A stretch of 57,018 nt of DNA, the filler included, from Sphacelaria rigidula (taxonomy: Eukaryota): NCBI GenBank assembly GCA_964200075.2. It is 3 parts of 3 records of this genome, joined end to end, with 100 filler letters (N's around TTAATTAATTAA, not from the genome) between each part and the next. Parts side by side here need not be neighbours in the genome. Positions count along the whole stretch, not along the records: positions 38,088 to 57,018 come from CAXNAA020000762.1; 2 more parts are not named here. The stretch is one strand, 5' to 3'. The position numbers and the translations under genes are program-made. Under the pieces are notes generated by a model. It saw only the letters and a list, made by a program, of their open reading frames with translations, was not told the origin of the DNA and searched no databases. Numbering within the stretch: position 1 is the stretch's first letter; each line of letters starts with the position of its first letter. Below are positions 50,990 to 57,018 of the stretch, piece by piece.

Positions 50990-51328
50990 CTTATGGTGAG
51001 CAGAAGATATAGCATCAGTAGGAGCCACACCAACTCCACCCCCACCACCACGTCCTCTATCGGCGATCACCTCTTGGACCACGCTGCCAAGGCCACCGGT
51101 ACCCCCACTAGATGATCTCTCTAACAACCCATCGTCCCACGCGCCCTCCCCGACAATGCCGCGATCTTGCCCGCATTCTCCGCTGGGCTTGCTCCTTTGC
51201 ACGCTGTTAGGCTTTGGGGGTGTCATTCTCCGTGGCACCTCGATGCTCCCGCGAGCCACTCGATAGGACGAAGCCGCTATCACAGCGGCGAGACATGATA
51301 CACGGGCTACATGATGAGCGGCCCTCAT
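50990..51328 (-). CDS. Probable first exon of the RNR small subunit gene, with signal-peptide-like N-terminus
   Basis: ATG at 51328; MRAAHHVARVSCLAAVIAASSYRVARG...AISSAHHK; aag|gtattg donor in phase 0 matches the phase-0 acceptor at 42973. Linkage across ~8 kb is inferred. Confidence 0.5.
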
Positions 51329-52958
51329 GGCACCCACACGCTACACACCACGTCCCACCCCTCTAACGCTACAACTGGGGTAGGAGTTTGTGACTGCCTT
51401 ACTTCTATCGCTCTAGTTTTTCTCACGCTGCTGTCCGTGGGTTGACGATACGATACAAGCAGCTTTGTGCGTTACTCTGAGCCGACATTCCCTGGTTTCG
51501 CCACCCGCATGCCCTTTACTATCTCGGTGTTGACATCGAACAGCTTCAAACCATGACAAGGGTATCTGCTAATAATTCGAGGGTATGTACCTGTACACCC
51601 TTTTAATTGGAAAATGACGCGCATGATGAGACTCTCGTAGACACCCAGAACTTGTTGTTGTTGCGGTGAGACAGGAGTGGCGTCCAGGGGAGATCATGTT
51701 TACCACGAGAAGCATGGCAGTGCGCCTTCGAGCGAAAACTCTCGCAGGGATTTACCTGTCAATGGTAATGCTGTCAAATGCACCTGCGATGGCTCACAGG
51801 AACTCTGCCATGAACCTTGAAAGTCACTCCGTTGGAGGCGGCGTCGATCTTGCGGAAGTCGACGACGTGAACGCGAAGTGGCAATGCGAGAAGCAGTCGC
51901 TCACGGTATGTATGCACTAGTTAGTGGCTCCACCAACCCGGGGTAGTATCGCCTTAGTATGCTGAATTTTTCGCCGTCGTATTGATGTTGCAGTCGCTCT
52001 GTGTCCTCGAGCGGGTGCCGTGCGACCGTTTTCGTGCCTTCAGAGTTAGGATCACGTTTGTATCATGATGGTCATGTTTTCTTTCCAAGAGGATAGAGAA
52101 GATCCGACTCGACAGAGAGTGACCCAGTACAACAGCAGCAGCACAGACAGTGTAGCAGAGCACAGTCAGCAACCGCTTGGGCCGTGTTACTTGCTTTTGT
52201 TACACAACAATACGAGCAGCCTTCCTATGCTATGGTCGTGATGCTCCGCACTACTGTTGTTTCAGCGCATTTGTGAGATACTCTTCGGTCGTGCTCGGTT
52301 CTCCTCGTGCATGTTACGCAAGTTTTCGAAAATACAGTGGACAGAGGACGAAGAGTGCTGACAATACTTTCACCAAGTTGTGAGTTGTTGCTGTTCAGCC
52401 GATATCGTAACAGCAATCTGCTGCTGTGCATGTAACTGGCGGACGAAAAAAGTGCCTGACTATACTATGTAATCAGTTGTAGAGAGGGAGCTATTATGTC
52501 GTGTGATCTTAAGGGCAATGCTTGCTGCTGCACTCGTAACTGGTGGGCACGCGTTTGTTTCGAATTGATCCTTGCGTGTTTGTTGTATTGAGGCAATCCT
52601 TTTTTGTGCGGGAGTGGAAACGAACGCCGTCGAGGGCGCGTCACCTCTCGTTTATCTCGCTGTGCACGTGGCACCGTAGACATGTCCATCGTTGGATCCC
52701 ACAAGTAGAGGGAACATCCTTTAGGCGGCACCTCTCAACACAGTATAACAGTACGAGTATCAACGTCGTATTTCGCTGGCGGCGTTCCCCTCCCCCGCTC
52801 TGAACGTAGCTACCGTGTGCGCTGAGGAGCCAAATAGTTATCTTCGACATGATGGAGTTTAGCGCAGTTCGGCTACACCCCACCCATGATTGATACTATA
52901 ATAGTTGATTTTACTCTGAACACCGAGAATCACATCTTTGGGGGCCCGAATGGTTCTA

Positions 52959-55900
52959 TGAGTTGGGCCAGCCTAATAACGGATTTGAGCTGTCATAGCT
53001 ACATCTCATCAGCCATATCTCATCGCCGCAGACGAACCAGACCATGATGTACAGATCTTGTGAATCAGACCACTTTATATGGCAACCAATCCGTATTTGT
53101 ACAAATATGAGGATTTCAGCCCGTTTGAACTCGATTTTCTCCCGTGGATTGATTTTTCGGACCCCAGTCCGCTGGGCAATAGTTTTCGCCTAGCTCTGAG
53201 GAAACCAGATCAATTCTCCGATTCCGGGGGAGATGCGGGAGTCTCCCGATCTGAGCATAAACGTGATGAACCAAAAATCAGCGCCCAGAGAATCGGAGAA
53301 TTGATCTGGTTTCCTCAGAGCTAGGTGAAAAACATTGCCCAACGGACTGGGGTCCGAAACATCAATCCACGGGAGAAAGTCGAATTTAAACAGGCTGAAA
53401 TTCTCATATTTGTACAAATACGGATTGGTTGCCATACAAAGTGGTCTCATCTAATCAAGGGGCAGATAGATGCCCATCTAATCGACAACCCGATCACATG
53501 TTTCTTTCGTAGACTACACGTCGTGTCGAGTAAATCTCGTCACGTACGGAGATATGTGGATGCTGAAGTCTACGAAACCCCGGCGCAATCTAATCAGCGG
53601 ATGGCGCTGATATTTATGTGAACACTCCTTGGGGGAGGGCAAGACGACTGGTACCCTCAAGTTGACGCCATCTGTCTGTCGAGAAATATGGCGTTTTTAC
53701 ACCAAATTCAAGATGTTGCACCAAGGCCGTTTCTTCCGGTTCGTATTTTGTTTGTCTCGTATTTTCCACTTTTAGGACATTTGACAAGGTTTTTGATCCC
53801 AAACAGGGAAAATCGCCACCACACGCGCTTTTCTGATTCGCTTGGGTCAGAGATTTCGAGAGCGGCCTCTGGTCAAAAATACGAGGAAAACATATATTGC
53901 GCAAGCGAAGTTCGCTGACACGTCCCACCCCTCGAGCGGATATGCCCGAGGGAAAAAGAAAGACGGTGAAAATACCTACAATACAGACTGCGCAATATAT
54001 GTTTTCCTCGTATTCTTGTCCAGAGGCCGCTCTCGAAATCTCTGACCCAAGCGTATTGGAAAAGTGGGCTAGGCTCCTCTCGGTGGGGTGACACAAAGTG
54101 TACAAGACGTGTGGTGGCGATCTTCCCTGTTTGGAGTCAAAAACCTTGTCGAATGTCCTAAAAGTGGAAAATATGAGCCAAATAAAATACGAACCGGAAG
54201 AAACGGCCTAACTGCACTGAGAGTGAGCTCCTCTCCTCAGGTTTGAAAGTTGTCCTTTGACATTTGGTACGGAGTATCGTGGGGAAAATATGAAAAATAT
54301 CTGCACGTTAAGTTTATCTCTTGTTTTTTTCGTCAAGGATGTTCTTGTGAAGAATAGATATTATTCTTTTGTCCTGAACTCATGAAAAAAATCAACAGAG
54401 AACAGTGGACTCTCGAAAATGGGGTTGAAGAAAAAATTGAGGTTCAACTCAAAAGCCGTGCTTTCCCTTACCAAAATTAATGACAAATGACTTTCATATG
54501 GACGACCTTATTCGTCCCGACCTCCCTAAAACCATTTCGGGAGATTTCTGGCCTGTCGTTCTCCCAAAGGGTATGTGCGAAAGCATGATTTTTGGGCCCA
54601 AAAGCGTCCTTGTTTCACCCCGAAATCGAGGCAAAAGTGTGCTTTCGCACATATCCTTTGGGGGAACCGAAGGCTAGAAATCTCCCGAAATAGTTCTAGG
54701 GAGGTCGGGAGGGATTAAGTCGTCCATATGAAAGTCGTTTGTCATGAATTTAGGTCAGGGAAAGCACGGCTTTTGTATTGAATCTCACTTTCTTTTCAAC
54801 CCCATTTTCGAGAATCCATTGTTGAAGCCGCAACGTGCAGTAGGCATTATCTCTGATCCTCCCTGCGACAGCCTATATATACTCTATACCAAGTTCAAAA
54901 GCACAGCTCTCAGGCCCCTGCTTCTGGCAAACAAATATAAAAATGTGGAAAACGGTCTTTTTGGACCTTTTGCGTCGTTTTCTTCCCTGAGGCCGTGTCT
55001 TCAACATCATTTTTCGATTGAAAAAGTGCGGTGAGCAATAAATATTCCGGTCTGATCATGTTATCCCTTCCCGATAATATGGAGGGGGTATTTTTGGAGA
55101 TTAGGCGCCCCAACACAGTACACAAGGCGTCTGATGATACTGAAACTTGACGCATGTGTGGACTGAAGCCGCAGGTAGGTGTTGACGCAGCAGTTTCGGC
55201 GACCCAAGGTATTTTGTGCGTTGCGTGGGTTGAAAGGATGATTATGCACGTTGCTGCGGTGATTCCGGAAACAAGAACACTTTCTGATGACAATTCTAGT
55301 GTCGATATGAAATCCGCGCGGAGGCAGAAGTAGATCTTCCCATCCTTGTTGTTTACATCGACCCCCTCTTGGTCGAGGCTGGCACCAAGGTGAGAAATAA
55401 CCACAAACCAAGGTTCTCCATATGTTAGAGGCAGATGCCCTTGTGTTTTACAGGCCGTGCCGAGCAACACGCGGCCGCACAACGCAGCCAAGGAGAAGAG
55501 TGTCTTTTGTCAAGGACCACTGCGTACCTGTTCGGGCAGGGGGCAACGTCTCCTCCCTGGCAGTGCCAGACTTAGCATTGCCATTACCACGACGATCTGA
55601 AAATGACAGGGGTAGTTGCCGTAGTTTTCTTCTATCAGAATCAATCGGATATTCTTCGGCGGTGTGCACCCACGTGAAAACATTTACCTGTCTCGGGCGC
55701 GTGATCGCTTTTGTGCAGAGTTTTCACTTGGTTTCAGAATAGGACAGAGTGCGAGTTTCAATTTGATTTTTTTTCACGGATGGATCGCGGGTATCCTAGC
55801 CCTGTCGAGGCGTGACTCGCATCGTACAGTCAGTACTACAGTACTCGTTGTACTGGCACTAGGAAAACACAGTGTCAACTTCGTCGGGTATTACCGTGCG

Positions 55901-56695
55901 CGGATACATATCGTGCAATGAGTGCTTCCCCCGTTCGTAGCGATGTGCATCCTTTCCCAGTCGGCTGCCACACGCGCGAATGCTGGTCTGTAGCGCCCCG
56001 TATCCGTGCTGATGTGGAGACCTCTCTTCCAAGGACGTCTGCTTCTCTAGCCTCACCGTATTTTAGGCCGTAGAGTATGACCGTCTCCAATTGACGCCGC
56101 GGATGATGAATTTTTATTTTAGTACAATGCCTCCATAACATTGAAAAGGAACAACCCTGTGATAGGTCGTGATTTGAAACATCTTCGAAATAAGCTACGA
56201 TAGTTGAAATCACGACTTATCAGAGATGAGTTTTCCTTTTCCACCGCACATTTTCGACCGAAAAATAATGCGCTAAGACACACCCTAAAAGAGGGCTAGG
56301 CAGATTTGTATGCCTTGGATTGTCTTGCTGTACTCGTTGGGACGGCTCCAGGACACCTCTGCATCTTCTGGTGGTCGCGTTTTTTTGTTGTTGTTGGCTA
56401 AACTTGCACTTTTCTCGAAGAAAGATTAGCGGTCTCCGATAAAATCAGGCGTGGCATCCAAAAAAACTGCGGCTGCCGGAAAACGCAGGTGTGTCCTGGA
56501 ACTGTCGTACAGCAAGATACTCGAAGGTGCCTAAATCCGCCTAGCCCTCTGTTATGGAGTAAAACGATGCTGAACACCCAAAAAAGCCGTTTTCCAGATT
56601 TATTTTCATATTTGTTTGCCATAAAAAACGGCGTCAAACTCGAGGTGAGAAATCCACTTTCAAGCTCATATCCTCTTGTAGGCTGGCCCAGCTTG
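52959..56695. mobile_element. 3.7-kb TA-flanked Tc1/mariner-type non-autonomous element containing several long hairpins
   Basis: TA|tgagttgggccagcctaataacggatttgagc ... gctcatatcctcttgtaggctggcccagcttg|TA (~33-bp imperfect TIR with the same terminal motif as the 13032/14558 elements). Hairpins at 53067-53447, 53724-54208, 54401-54823 and ~56285-56555. Confidence 0.75.
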
Positions 56696-57018
56696 TAGCG
56701 TGCACAGAACGCGTCTCCGTCCTCCAAACAGACGCCAGTAGCGCCGATCTGACGTCTGCCAAGGCACACTTTGCTTGGGGAACCCTGTGCGTCCCCCTTG
56801 CCCGATGGTCTTCGGTATGGCTTGGGTTTGGGCCAGGCTTAGGTTTGCGTCAGTCGTAAAATGTGTCAACCATGGGTAGATTGTAGCCGAACTGGGGTAA
56901 ACCCGCTTCCTGAGGCACGACATCCGACAGCTTCGGGGGGGGGGGGGGGGACTCTTTTTTTGTTTTCCTTTGTGGGGGGACCATTGACCACGCATCCCCT
57001 TCGCGACGGGGCAACGGG

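Noticed and set aside
53079..53450. Twin ORFs MATNPYLYKYE... on opposite strands
   Set aside because: Consequence of the DNA palindrome; no evidence of coding function.

Overview
Eukaryotic, intron-rich, repeat-dense genomic DNA, most consistent with a brown alga (Phaeophyceae). The taxon is inferred from the style of the FNIP protein and the LINE peptides, not from a search. Three spliced genes can be reconstructed by hand. (1) A + strand coiled-coil protein ending in an exact Mdm2/MdmX-type C2H2C4 RING (exons ~9864-17335), with the RING split by a 4.2-kb intron holding two copies of a TA-flanked mariner-type MITE. (2) A + strand 3-exon, ~680-aa FNIP-repeat protein (26537-30336). (3) A - strand class Ia ribonucleotide reductase small subunit (exons 42973-42311, 39650-39549, 38678-38590, plus a probable first exon 51328-50990), with a long N-terminal extension; its 3' exons are not visible and probably fall in the assembly gap at 37988. 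An orphan BAR-like exon lies at 24613-24446 (-). Most of the rest is transposon material: LINE fragments, a decayed Tc1/mariner (DD39D-like) transposase, hAT elements with 8-bp TSDs, piggyBac-like remnants and many long fold-back hairpins, including a 3.7-kb TA-flanked element built from stacked palindromes (52959-56695). There are two 100-nt gaps carrying a TTAATTAATTAA linker and one 10-N gap. All calls come from manual reading and translation; no database searches were run.
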